From positions 1,276-65,275 of the forward strand of contig JBJKQK010000168.1 in NCBI GenBank assembly GCA_046705285.1: DNA of 64,000 nt. The letters run 5' to 3'. The translations under genes and the position numbers were made by a program. The notes under the pieces were generated by a model. It was given only the letters and a program-made list of their open reading frames with translations, was not told where the DNA came from and did not search any database. Below are positions 53,145 through 62,549 of this stretch, piece by piece (positions within the stretch are counted from its first letter, which is position 1; each line of letters starts with the position of its first letter). This DNA is from Terriglobia bacterium. GTDB taxonomy: Bacteria; Acidobacteriota; Terriglobia; UBA7540.

Positions 53145-54401
53145 TTAGTGTCCAATTTCCCGCTGCGAAACAAGCTTCGCCGACGGCAAGGAAGGAGCCC
53201 GGTCGAACCTGACCGTAATAGTTGTATAGCGCGGCAACGTCACGTCGAGTCCACGGCGAGTGAGCATATACAAGCCCGTGACTGCAAACCCTATCAGACG
53301 GGCTGTCCCGGCGGTCGACGCGTCAGTGGCGGACGAAACGAGAAGTTCCGTGATGAGCTGATAGGAATCATCGGCAACCTTGGAAATGCCTGCGCTGACT
53401 CCCAGATCCAGCAACAGGCGAGCCTTGCCTGGACCTCCGCCGCTCATCCCGCCTTCTGAATTCACTTTGATTTGCGACCGCTGGCTTGCCTCAACACCGG
53501 CTACAGAAGCCGCGATCGGAAGATTCGCCTCGGCAGGCAGGACCAGCCGGGTGAACTTTATGTACAAAGATCCCGGCCGGCTGAGCCAGCGCGGGGGAAC
53601 ACTTTTTGTGACGTGCCCCTCGAAAACCGTACCCTCGGGCAACAGAGTGCCTGAATCCAACCGTATCGGCTTCACCAGGAGGGCCTTGAACGGATCTCCC
53701 TCCCGGCTTTTCGAAGCGCTCAGGGTACCCAAAAGAGCGAGTTTCACGTTGCTGCCAGCCGAAACCGTCTCAATTTCTGATAGAGGCGCCGCAGTGGATT
53801 CTGCGCGTTCTGAACCCTCCGCAGAAAAGGTGGGAGCTTCAATGTGCTGTGCACGAACTACTAACTGAAGGTTGAGCCCTGGCGAGCATGGGCGGGAATT
53901 AGACCCCTTCGCGGGGCGAGAAGAGGAGCCGGCTTTCGTTGCAGGTCTTATCTTGCTTTTATGCTTCGCAGCCACTTCGGAACTTTTAATCGCGGAGACA
54001 GACCACACCTGCAGATGCACTTTCTTGCCGCCGGACAAAGTGACATCGGCGAAATCAAAGTTAGGCAATCTCTCGTATTTCGGGCGAAAGTACCGGATCG
54101 GCCATGGCCACACGCTGTTGTATATCTTCGGCCCGCGCTTAATCCCGGATACCGTTAAATGAATCTGGCTGCCCCTTGGAACAACCAGGCGGTAGCCGCA
54201 AAATACGTTGTGCGTCACCTTTCCTTGCAGTTTGTCGCCGGGCTTCAAATGCGCGAGCTTTGCCGGAGCATCCAGCCGCACATCCACAAACGCGGGGGCC
54301 GAGGGCGCCCGACTAGTCGCGTTGCCGCTGGCACGAAGAACAGCCGGCACGCAGGAGGCAAGCACCAGAATACCCGCAAGGACAACGAACTTTAGTCTCA
54401 C
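53145..54401 (-). CDS. secreted hypothetical protein with two similar beta-domain segments
   Basis: 418 aa with the signal MRLKFVVLAGILVLASCVPAVLRA. Two segments share the pattern GD.f....v.......l.P.G[ST].f...V, separated by a Lys/Ser/Pro-rich linker. A weak impression of a TrbI/VirB10-like fold only. Confidence 0.6.
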   Translation of the reverse strand: MRLKFVVLAGILVLASCVPAVLRASGNATSRAPSAPAFVDVRLDAPAKLAHLKPGDKLQGKVTHNVFCGYRLVVPRGSQIHLTVSGIKRGPKIYNSVWPWPIRYFRPKYERLPNFDFADVTLSGGKKVHLQVWSVSAIKSSEVAAKHKSKIRPATKAGSSSRPAKGSNSRPCSPGLNLQLVVRAQHIEAPTFSAEGSERAESTAAPLSEIETVSAGSNVKLALLGTLSASKSREGDPFKALLVKPIRLDSGTLLPEGTVFEGHVTKSVPPRWLSRPGSLYIKFTRLVLPAEANLPIAASVAGVEASQRSQIKVNSEGGMSGGGPGKARLLLDLGVSAGISKVADDSYQLITELLVSSATDASTAGTARLIGFAVTGLYMLTRRGLDVTLPRYTTITVRFDRAPSLPSAKLVSQREIGH

Positions 54402-54425
54402 CGATGTAAATCTCCCTGGCTCAAC

Positions 54426-54787
54426 TCAGCTTGGCCTTAAGCGCGCTTTCGGTTCATCGGGGTTGTCGGGGAAAAGGCCGCCAACCTGATCATAGTACCA
54501 GAACTCGATTCCCGTCCGCGGGAGGAAATCCTCTAGACATTGGAAGTACATATGGTTGAGGCCCGGCCCGCCGTGCAACAACAGCACGTTGCCTGATGGT
54601 TGACTCGCCCACGCGCTCGACCCAGATGTGATATTTCCGGCCCCGGACGGGAATCAGCCGCGCTCGGCCGGCCTTGACGTTCTCCGCTGCAGCAGGATGC
54701 TCCTCCTTCGGCCAGCCCCGTTGGCATGGAACGGCCAGGCCGCCTGCAAGGGCGCTTCCCCACAACAAGAAAGTTCCTTCGATTCAT
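54426..54787 (-). pseudogene. decayed N-terminal fragment of a proline-iminopeptidase-type alpha/beta hydrolase
   Basis: Three consecutive - strand frames must be read together. Frame 1 gives MNRRNFL. Frame 2 gives LWGSALAGGLAVP...VKAGRARLIPVRGRKYHIWVERVGES. Frame 3 gives VLLLHGGPGLNHMYFQCLEDFLPRTGIEFWYYDQVGG, then a stop at 54426. The remaining ~200 codons of such enzymes are absent. Confidence 0.6.
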
Positions 54788-54984
54788 GTTGGCCCCCTGT
54801 AAGATTTGCAACGCCCCACTGACACGCCTTTCGGAATCACAAACACGACCGTCCCCACAGCCCTCGCTGGCATTCAGCCACAGTAATCCTCACCGGGTTT
54901 AGAGCCAGTGCCCCGCCCCCATGGCGTCAAAGATTCTTGCGCTGGCGCCGGCCCATTCCGAACCTCAAAAGGCTGCAGGCGCCA

Positions 54985-57900
54985 TCATTCCCCTGGAGGC
55001 GTGGTCGGCAGTTGCTGGTGGTGGTTCGGATATGGCGCGCGCGGATATTTCGGCAGCGGGCGCTCCTTGAGCAACTGCAAGGCGACGGAGACGGCTTTTT
55101 CGAGCTGCGGGTCGTGCCCTTCCCGCCAGAGTTTCGGGTCCATCTCAACCTCGTAATCGGGTGGAATGCCATGGCCCTCCACTTCCCAGTGCCCATGCAA
55201 TCCGTAGATCGCCCAGCGCGGCGCCATCACACTCCCCCCGTCCATGAGCCGCGGATAGCCTCCGATGCCGACGAGCCCGCCCCAGGTGCGGACCCCGACC
55301 AGCGGCCCAATGTTCGCCTTGCGGAAATACCACGGCAGAGCGTCGCCTCCCGAGCCTGAAAACTGGTTAATGATCATCACCTTCGGGCCATAAATCGATT
55401 CAAGAGGTTCCTTGTATTCCTGTCCTTCGCGGGTCATGACGATGCTCATCACCGGCCGCCGCAGGTAATCAATAATGTAGTCCGCAAGCTGCCCGCCGTG
55501 ATTGAAGCGCTCGTCAATTACCGCGCCCTCTTTGCCCACTTGCGCAAAGTAGTAGCGGTTAAAGTTGGTGAACCCGCCGCCGGCGGTGTTTGGAAGATAC
55601 ACGTAGGCGAGCTTGCCGCCGCTCAATTCGTCCACTTTGCGCCGGTTGCTTTCGATCCAGTCACGATTGCGCAATGCCGCTTCGCTTGGGATGGGCACCA
55701 CGGTCACTTCGCGCGAACCCTTGTCGCTCGGATTCGGCCCCACCCGGATGGCCGTCTGCTTGCCGGCGGTTTCGAGGAAGAAACTGTAAATATTGTCCGC
55801 GCCGGTCAACTCGCGGCCGTTCACAGCCAGCAGATATTCGCCCGCTTTGACGTTGACGCCCGGCTGTGTGAGCGGCGCGTGGAGATCCGGGTTCCAGTTC
55901 TCGCCGCTATAGACCTTGGTAATCCGGTAGCGGCCGTTTTCAATCTTGTAGTCCGCGCCCAGCAAGCCTACGGTCACTTTCTTCTGTTCAGGCTGTTCGC
56001 CGCCGCCCACAAACATGTGCCCTACTTCCATATAACTGAGCATTTCCTGGAAGAGGTAGGTCAGGTCGTGCCGGCTGGTGATTCCGGGCAGGAAGGGTTC
56101 GAATGTCTTCTTCGCTTCCTCAATGTTCAGGCCATGGAAGTGGGGATCGTAGAAGAAATCGCGCTCGATTCGCCACACCTCGTTATACATCTGCTGCCAC
56201 ATGGCGCGCGGCTCTTCATAGACCTCCATGTTGTCCATCTTGAGCAAGCCGTCTTCCGGCTTGGGCTCTTTGTCGGTGGGAACGATGAACCACTTGTCCT
56301 TGAGTTTGTAGAGCGCCTTCTCGCCGTCGAACGAAAGAACAAAAGCATTGGCGGCAGGGATAAAAGGCGTTACCTTGCGCTTCTTGAGGTCAAATTTCGT
56401 GATCTTCACTGTCGGCCCACCCGGCGTGAAGCCGATCACCACCGGCGGCAGCTCAGCCAGGAACAACTCGCCTGTCTTCCCGGCCGACAACCCAACATAA
56501 TTCTCCGCTGGAATGGGCAGGGCAAGAATCCGTTGGCCGATGTTCGCGAAGTCAATCGTCACGTGGACGGGCTTCTTCTCCTTTTCTTCCTTCTTCTCGC
56601 CCTCTTTCCCCTTGTTTTCGTCGCTGGCCTTGTTCTCATCCTTCTTCTCTTCCCCAACCTTTTCGTCGTCGCTTTCGGGCGCGATGGGCGAGGGCAGATC
56701 CTTGCGCAGCACCACCACGTAGACGCCGCGGGTGACCGGATGTTCTTCGTTTGTCATGTCGAGCCAGCCGGTCGTAAGCCCCATGTTGGTGCTGGCCGTG
56801 AAGTAGAGGTATTTTCCGTTCACGTCAAAGTTCGGATAAAGGCAATCGCTCATGCCGTCTGTAATCTGGGTCGCCTTTTTCGTATCCAGCGAGTAAACGA
56901 AAACGGCGCGCAGATGATTTTCAAGCTGCTTGGTATAAGCCATCCACTTGCTGTCCGGAGACCACACAGCGTCAAATTCGTGCGTCGGTGCATCAAACAG
57001 GTCCGTATCCACCTTGTCCGGCGTCGGGTGGTCAAGGTCCACATACCAGAGGTTGAGCCGCTTGTCGCTATAGGCGATCTTCTTGCTGTCAGGCGACCAG
57101 ATGGGTGTGTAGAAAAACGAGGGCGGCTGGCCGAGCTCAATGGTCTTCACAGGTCCCAGTCCGTCTTGATTGCGGATGTGCAGGGCATATTCGCCCGAAC
57201 GGTCGGAAAAATAGGCGATGGATTTGCCATCGGGCGACCAGGCCGGGTCGCGGTCTTCGACAGCGGGAGAGCCCGTGATGTTGCGGATGCTGCCCTTCTC
57301 CGCCGGGACCGTGAGAATTTCGCCGTGCGCTTCAAAAACTGCGCGCTTGCCCGTCGGCGAGATTTGCGAGTTCAAAATCTTCTTTTCGACATTCACAAAA
57401 TGCGGCCGGAGTTCCGGCATGTCGCCTGCCACCGTAATGGGGACCAAATGCTCGCGGTGTGACTTGAGATCGTAAAGATGGATCGAGCCGAACTGTTCAT
57501 ACACAATCACGCCCGGTCCTGCCGATGCCGAAAGGATGTCCCAGCGGTCCTTATTGTCCACCACCTGCGTCACCTTGCCGCTCCGGGTGTCGTAGGCAAA
57601 CAGGGTGAACGGTCCGTTGCGGTCGGAGAGAAAATAGATCGTATCTCCCACCCACATGGGGTCGCGGTCATTGGAATTCACGCGTGGAATCTTGGCGACA
57701 ATGCCGGAATCGGAAAGATTGACAACCCAGATGGGCGTGGTTTGCCCGCCGCGATAATTCTGCCAGAAGGGTTCCCACTGGAAATTCGGAACGTACGCAA
57801 GCTCCGTCCCATCAGGCGAGAAGGCGCCTTCCTGGGCCATCGGCAGCGGGATCTCCGTTGGGAAGCCGCCCGTAACCGGCACGGTGAAAAACTGGTTGGG

Positions 57901-58308
57901 GTCCGAGTAGCTCGCACGGTGCGAGCGAAAGAGGATCGCTTTGCCGTCCGGCGTCCAGCCTAGAGCCACGTCAGGGCCAGGATGGTAGGTCAGGCGCCGT
58001 GGCTGGCCTCCCTCCGCCGGAACCACGTAAACACCGGTGTTGCCGTCATAATCTCCCGTGTAGGCAAGCCACTGGCCGTCCGGCGAAAAGATCGGCTGGG
58101 TATCCAGTCCCGCTCCAGTCACGAGCCGTCGAGCCACGCCGCCCTTCCGGTTCACGATCCAGATGTCTCCCCCGAAAGCAAAGGCAATTTGTGTTTTGCT
58201 CACCGTCGGCGTCTGCAGCAGCAGCGGCGCCTTTGCATCCGCGCCGAAGGCAACGCCTGTTAAAATAAGGAGCACCACAAGAAACCACCATGTCTTCTTT
58301 ATCGCCAT
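54985..58308 (-). CDS. tricorn-type protease homologue (TolB-like beta-propellers, PDZ and S41 peptidase domain)
   Basis: ORF 54985-58314; the ATG at 58308 is the likely start. It has a signal peptide, repeated P.FSPDG..LAY / WSPDGK propeller motifs and a C-terminal S41 region (INQFSGSGGDALPWYF). Confidence 0.9.
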   Translation of the reverse strand: MAIKKTWWFLVVLLILTGVAFGADAKAPLLLQTPTVSKTQIAFAFGGDIWIVNRKGGVARRLVTGAGLDTQPIFSPDGQWLAYTGDYDGNTGVYVVPAEGGQPRRLTYHPGPDVALGWTPDGKAILFRSHRASYSDPNQFFTVPVTGGFPTEIPLPMAQEGAFSPDGTELAYVPNFQWEPFWQNYRGGQTTPIWVVNLSDSGIVAKIPRVNSNDRDPMWVGDTIYFLSDRNGPFTLFAYDTRSGKVTQVVDNKDRWDILSASAGPGVIVYEQFGSIHLYDLKSHREHLVPITVAGDMPELRPHFVNVEKKILNSQISPTGKRAVFEAHGEILTVPAEKGSIRNITGSPAVEDRDPAWSPDGKSIAYFSDRSGEYALHIRNQDGLGPVKTIELGQPPSFFYTPIWSPDSKKIAYSDKRLNLWYVDLDHPTPDKVDTDLFDAPTHEFDAVWSPDSKWMAYTKQLENHLRAVFVYSLDTKKATQITDGMSDCLYPNFDVNGKYLYFTASTNMGLTTGWLDMTNEEHPVTRGVYVVVLRKDLPSPIAPESDDEKVGEEKKDENKASDENKGKEGEKKEEKEKKPVHVTIDFANIGQRILALPIPAENYVGLSAGKTGELFLAELPPVVIGFTPGGPTVKITKFDLKKRKVTPFIPAANAFVLSFDGEKALYKLKDKWFIVPTDKEPKPEDGLLKMDNMEVYEEPRAMWQQMYNEVWRIERDFFYDPHFHGLNIEEAKKTFEPFLPGITSRHDLTYLFQEMLSYMEVGHMFVGGGEQPEQKKVTVGLLGADYKIENGRYRITKVYSGENWNPDLHAPLTQPGVNVKAGEYLLAVNGRELTGADNIYSFFLETAGKQTAIRVGPNPSDKGSREVTVVPIPSEAALRNRDWIESNRRKVDELSGGKLAYVYLPNTAGGGFTNFNRYYFAQVGKEGAVIDERFNHGGQLADYIIDYLRRPVMSIVMTREGQEYKEPLESIYGPKVMIINQFSGSGGDALPWYFRKANIGPLVGVRTWGGLVGIGGYPRLMDGGSVMAPRWAIYGLHGHWEVEGHGIPPDYEVEMDPKLWREGHDPQLEKAVSVALQLLKERPLPKYPRAPYPNHHQQLPTTPPGE

Positions 58309-58800
58309 TCTCACCCTCGCTTTTGGGACAATTCCTGCAAGGCGGCCCTAAGGGTCAGGGGTTGCTTTTCTGCGGATTCAGAAGTGCGGACACTAACCCT
58401 CAGGGACAAAGATACACTGACCGAATGCTCCCGGTCTGAAAGCTGCCGTCCATCCCGCGACAGGCGAAGCTCTGCCGGGCGGAACGCCTCGCCTGGAATC
58501 ATGATTTCAGTTAAACCTGCTTCGGGTACTCGGCTACCTTGACGAGTTGTGTTTAACCGCTGAGGGCAGGTACTTTCCAGCAGTTTACGTTATAGGCATA
58601 CACTCTATTCGGCCCTGAGTCAAGCCCCTGAACCTGTCCTGGAAATTAGCGACACGGTTGCTTCCAGGTAGCTAAGGCCGCTCCCCCCTTGAGGCAGAGA
58701 AACGCGCACAGCGAAACGGCCCGGGCTCGGGAGGTGTGCCGCCGAACCAGTCCGATAGGGCTAAGCAGCACAGAGAACAACCTCACCACAGAGGGCAAGG

Positions 58801-58831
58801 AAAAACCAGCACGAAGTTCGCAGAGACTTCG
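58801..58831 (-). terminator. weak terminator-like hairpin after the metallophosphoesterase gene
   Basis: On the - strand, CGAAGT-ctctgcga-ACTTCG (58812-58831) is followed 6 nt later by TTTTT (A-run 58801-58805 on +). Confidence 0.3.
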
Positions 58832-58867
58832 CCACTTGTGGTCTCGTGGTGACTCGTTCCAGTCTGA

Positions 58868-59752
58868 TTATGGCGTTTGCGGCAGTTTATGCGGAGTTCC
58901 GGAGCGCAGGTTCAGGCAGGCGATCTCTGGTGGGCAGCCGACGCGCACGGGCAGCAGGACTTTGCCAATGCCGCGGCTGACATATATCTGAGTGCCGTCC
59001 AGGCGATTCCATCCGGCAATGAAGCGCTTGCCCAGTTTGGACCGAGTGTAGAGCGCACCCACAACCGGAAGCCTGACCTGGCCGCCATGGGTGTGGCCGG
59101 ACAGCACCAGATCGATGTGGTGCTCGGCAGCCATCCGAACTCCCACCGGGTTGTGGCAGAGCAGGATCTTGGGGTCGCGCGAGGGGATATGGCGCACAGC
59201 GGCCTCCAGGTCGTCCGCATCCCACCATAAGTCGTCCACACCTGCCAGCCACAGTCGGCTGTGCCCGGAATGCACCGCAAAGTGCGAATTGCGAAGCATG
59301 TGGATGTGGTGGGCTTCGAGTGCCCGCGCCACCTCATCGGCGTCCACCTGGAAATCGTGATTTCCCAAGACCGCAAAAACTCCCAGGCGCGCCCGCAGAC
59401 GTCCCAGCACCTGCGCCACGGGCCAGATATAAGTGGGAGAGAAGGTGACATAGTCCCCGGTGAGGGCGATCAGATCGGGCTGCAAGTGGTTGGTCATTTT
59501 CACGGCACGTTCGACGTCTTCAAGAGGTGTGTAAAGGCTGTGGTGGATGTCCGTCAGGTGGACGATCCGCAGACCATCATGCGCCGCGCTGAGCCGCCGC
59601 AGGTGGATGTCAATCTCAGTGATTTCAGGGTCTGGCGAAACTGGAGGCGGCGAAAGCTGCGGAGCTGAGAGCGAGAGCGTAACCAGACCTCGACGTCTTA
59701 GCCGACGCCTTGATACCAAATAATTCCTCATAACACTTCCCGACGCTTGCAA
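58868..59752 (-). CDS. metallophosphoesterase (YkuE-like)
   Basis: 294 aa. Motifs: VHLTDIHH, LTGDYV, VLGNHD, LSGHTHGGQVRLP. Confidence 0.85.
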   Translation of the reverse strand: MQASGSVMRNYLVSRRRLRRRGLVTLSLSAPQLSPPPVSPDPEITEIDIHLRRLSAAHDGLRIVHLTDIHHSLYTPLEDVERAVKMTNHLQPDLIALTGDYVTFSPTYIWPVAQVLGRLRARLGVFAVLGNHDFQVDADEVARALEAHHIHMLRNSHFAVHSGHSRLWLAGVDDLWWDADDLEAAVRHIPSRDPKILLCHNPVGVRMAAEHHIDLVLSGHTHGGQVRLPVVGALYTRSKLGKRFIAGWNRLDGTQIYVSRGIGKVLLPVRVGCPPEIACLNLRSGTPHKLPQTP

Positions 59753-59792
59753 GCCTAAGCCTTGACGGCTTTAGGTGAATTCAGCGGCAGCA

Positions 59793-60593
59793 TTAGCTGC
59801 ACTCAACCTTCCCGTTTTCCTCCAGTATTTCCGAGAAAACATCAAGCATTGAATCATGGATCAGACCGTTTGAAGCAAAAATCTCATCGCGGTGGAGAGA
59901 AAAGGGCCCGCCCGACAAGTCCGTCACGCGGCCACCAGCTTCCGTCACCAGCAAGGAACCTGCTGCCTTGTCCCAGGAGTTGAGCTTGAGTTCCCAGAAT
60001 CCTTCAAAGCGGCCTGCCGCAACGGAACAGAGGTCCAGGGCCGCCGCGCCCGCCCGGCGAATTCCGTGCGAAAGATGAGTGAACTTGAAAAAGAATTGCA
60101 GGTTCAGGTCATGATTGGAAGCAAAGGGGGGAAAACCGGTACCCAGTAGACTTTCAGAAAGATCGGCCGTCCGGGACACGTGGATGCGCTGGCCGTTTAA
60201 CGTCGCTCCCCCTCCGCGCTCGGCCGCAAACAACTCCTGGCGATTGGGATCATACACCACGCCCGCAATGACTTCATCGCGATAGGCAAGAGCCAGGCTG
60301 ATGCAGTAAACCGGAAATCCGTGGGCAAAATTCGTTGTGCCATCCAGAGGATCAACGTACCAACAGTAGTCAGAACCGGTTTCCCTTCCGCCGCCTTCCT
60401 CTGCCACGATGGCGTGTTCCGGAAAGCACCGGCGGATGCGGTCCGTAATCATGGCTTCAGAACGCCTGTCAACCTCCGTCACAATGTCTGATTTTCGTTT
60501 GTAGGAAATCTTGTGAGGCTGCTTGGCAAGATCAGCGATCAGAGATCCTGCCTCGCTGGCAATGTCGACTGCTATATCCAGATAATTTCCCAT
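59793..60593 (-). CDS. suhB: inositol monophosphatase family protein
   Basis: 266 aa. Motifs: AIVAEEGG, VDPLDGTTNFAHG, NSWDKAAG. Confidence 0.9.
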   Translation of the reverse strand: MGNYLDIAVDIASEAGSLIADLAKQPHKISYKRKSDIVTEVDRRSEAMITDRIRRCFPEHAIVAEEGGGRETGSDYCWYVDPLDGTTNFAHGFPVYCISLALAYRDEVIAGVVYDPNRQELFAAERGGGATLNGQRIHVSRTADLSESLLGTGFPPFASNHDLNLQFFFKFTHLSHGIRRAGAAALDLCSVAAGRFEGFWELKLNSWDKAAGSLLVTEAGGRVTDLSGGPFSLHRDEIFASNGLIHDSMLDVFSEILEENGKVECS

Positions 60594-60660
60594 ATGATTT
60601 AAGGGCCCTCGCTTGAATCTCCTTCAATGATGAATTCGGGTGCCGGGCCTTTTGCATTGG

Positions 60661-61362
60661 CTAACGATGAGCCTGCGCCAGGACCCGCTGTCGGCCTTCA
60701 CCTTCAGACCAGACAGCACCGTTTTCGAAAAACTCCTTCTTCCAGACGGGTACCACCTGCTTGAGGCGGTCGATAAGATAATGGCAGGCCTCAAATGCCG
60801 GCCGGCGGTGCGCTGCTGTCACCACGATAACAACGCTGGTCTCTCCAATTTCCAGTCTGCCTACCCGATGAATGATTCCGACCGAATCAACATCAAATCT
60901 CTGCCTGGCTTCAGCGCCAATCTCTTCCATTTTGCGAACAGCCATGGTGCTGTAAGCCTCATATTCAAGATAAAGCGTCTTCTGGCCGTTCGAATGGTCG
61001 CGGACAACACCCTCAAAGGTAACCACCGCACCATCGGAACTCGCCTGGAGGGATCGCGCAAAGTCTGACGGGGAGATTTTTTCGCTCGTGATGCGACAAC
61101 GGCATCGGCTTACGTCCAAGCCTCCGCTGACCGGGGGCATAATAGCGACCTCGTCGCCCTCATGTAAGATGAATAAGGGTTCTGCAACCTGCTGGTTAAC
61201 AGCAAAGAGCAGAGATTCCGCCCACTCGCCCAGCCGCGGGAACCGGGTTTCGTAGAGGCGCCGCAAACCCTGAAGAGTTTCGCCCTCTCCAAGTTCCACT
61301 TGCTCTTCCCGCAACCCTGTCAAATCGTGCGTGATCCCAAAGAACAAAACCGTGATTCTCAT
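60661..61362 (-). CDS. fused molybdopterin synthase sulfur-carrier (MoaD) and catalytic (MoaE) subunits
   Basis: The N-terminal ~82 aa form a ThiS/MoaD fold ending in MPPVSGG. The rest is MoaE (GAVVTFEGVVRD, IIHRVGRLEIGETSVVIVVTAAHRRPAF, VPVWKKE). ATG at 61362 (TTG at 61365). Confidence 0.85.
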   Translation of the reverse strand: MRITVLFFGITHDLTGLREEQVELGEGETLQGLRRLYETRFPRLGEWAESLLFAVNQQVAEPLFILHEGDEVAIMPPVSGGLDVSRCRCRITSEKISPSDFARSLQASSDGAVVTFEGVVRDHSNGQKTLYLEYEAYSTMAVRKMEEIGAEARQRFDVDSVGIIHRVGRLEIGETSVVIVVTAAHRRPAFEACHYLIDRLKQVVPVWKKEFFENGAVWSEGEGRQRVLAQAHR

Positions 61363-61468
61363 CAAAATCCCCGATTATCTTTCTAGTATACACCCGGAGG
61401 GGAAATCTCAACCCGGTGCTGGCGTTTGCGAGCAGACAAGCTGGGCTTCAAAGGGCCAGCGCTCTACG

Positions 61469-62371
61469 CTACTCTCGGCCCAGCGCATGACGCAGTGCGG
61501 CTTCGAGGCGAGGGTGCTCGAAGCTGAACTCCGTGTCGACAAGCCGCCTGGGCTCAGTGCGCTGGCTGGCCAGGAGCAGGGCGTCAGCCATTTCGCCGAA
61601 CATCAGGCGCACCACGGCCGCAGGCACGGTCAGAAATGTAGGCCGGCCCAGGACCTTTCCCAGGACTTCCGTGAATTCAACATTCCGCACCGGATTGGGC
61701 GAGACAGCGTTGACGGGGCCGGAAAGGGATTCGGTAGAAATGGCATGCGCAATGGCCCGGACCAGGTCGTCAAGGGCAATCCAGCTTACGAACTGCTGGC
61801 CGTCACCCAGCTTTCCGCCCGCACCGGCCTTAAACGTTGGAAGCATCGCTGGCAAAGCGCCACCTTTTCCGCTGAGCACCATGCCGATCCGTAGAATTAC
61901 CACGCGGATTCCTTTTTGCCGAGCGGGCACGGTGGCCGCTTCCCATTCCTTGCAGACTTCGGCCAGGAAATCTGATCCCGGCGGGCTCTCTTCGGTCAGA
62001 ACCTGGTCGCCGCACGAGCCGTAGAACCCCACTGCCGAAGCCGAAACCAGCACGCGCGGAGGAGCCGCTACCTGCGCGAGAGATTCCGAGAGCAGTTGCG
62101 TTCCGCGAACACGGCTTTCGCGGACACGCTTCTTCTGCGCCTCCGTCCATCGGCCTGCTGCGACGTTTTCCCCAGCAAGATTCACCACAGCGTCGGTCTG
62201 TTCCAGGGAACTCATCTCCAGCTTGCCGGCGTCCGGGTCCCATTCAGCGATGGCCCCGCCTGAGGCGGCAGGACGCCGAACCATCCGGACGACCTGCTGA
62301 CCTTCATAACTGAGATGCTGAACAAGCGCAGACCCAATCAGACCGCTCGACCCTGTGATGAGGATTTTCAT
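61469..62371 (-). CDS. TIGR01777/YfcH-type NAD-dependent epimerase/dehydratase family protein
   Basis: In-frame ATG at 62371. MKILITGSSGLIGSAL is the Rossmann motif, and there is a C-terminal DUF1731-like region. Confidence 0.85.
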   Translation of the reverse strand: MKILITGSSGLIGSALVQHLSYEGQQVVRMVRRPAASGGAIAEWDPDAGKLEMSSLEQTDAVVNLAGENVAAGRWTEAQKKRVRESRVRGTQLLSESLAQVAAPPRVLVSASAVGFYGSCGDQVLTEESPPGSDFLAEVCKEWEAATVPARQKGIRVVILRIGMVLSGKGGALPAMLPTFKAGAGGKLGDGQQFVSWIALDDLVRAIAHAISTESLSGPVNAVSPNPVRNVEFTEVLGKVLGRPTFLTVPAAVVRLMFGEMADALLLASQRTEPRRLVDTEFSFEHPRLEAALRHALGRE

Positions 62372-62549
62372 ATGCGGCCAACCTTCAGAGGGGCGGTATC
62401 CACGATTCACGTTGCATCGACCCGGAATGTTAGCAGGCTAGCCGCCACTCCCTAGCCTCAGGTTAGCACATTCTAAGGCACGAATCTCCAATAGGGAAAG
62501 GGCAGAAAGCTGAAAATTTCCACAACCGGAAGCTATACTTGGGATCAAT

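Noticed and set aside
55498-57462. 654-aa + strand ORF
   Set aside because: It is antisense to the tricorn-like protease gene, whose frame carries clear family motifs. It is a shadow ORF.
58311-58502. 63-aa - strand ORF overlapping the tricorn start
   Set aside because: It has a low-complexity Ser/Val/Arg sequence and no SD. It lies in the probable 5' UTR or promoter region of the tricorn-like gene.
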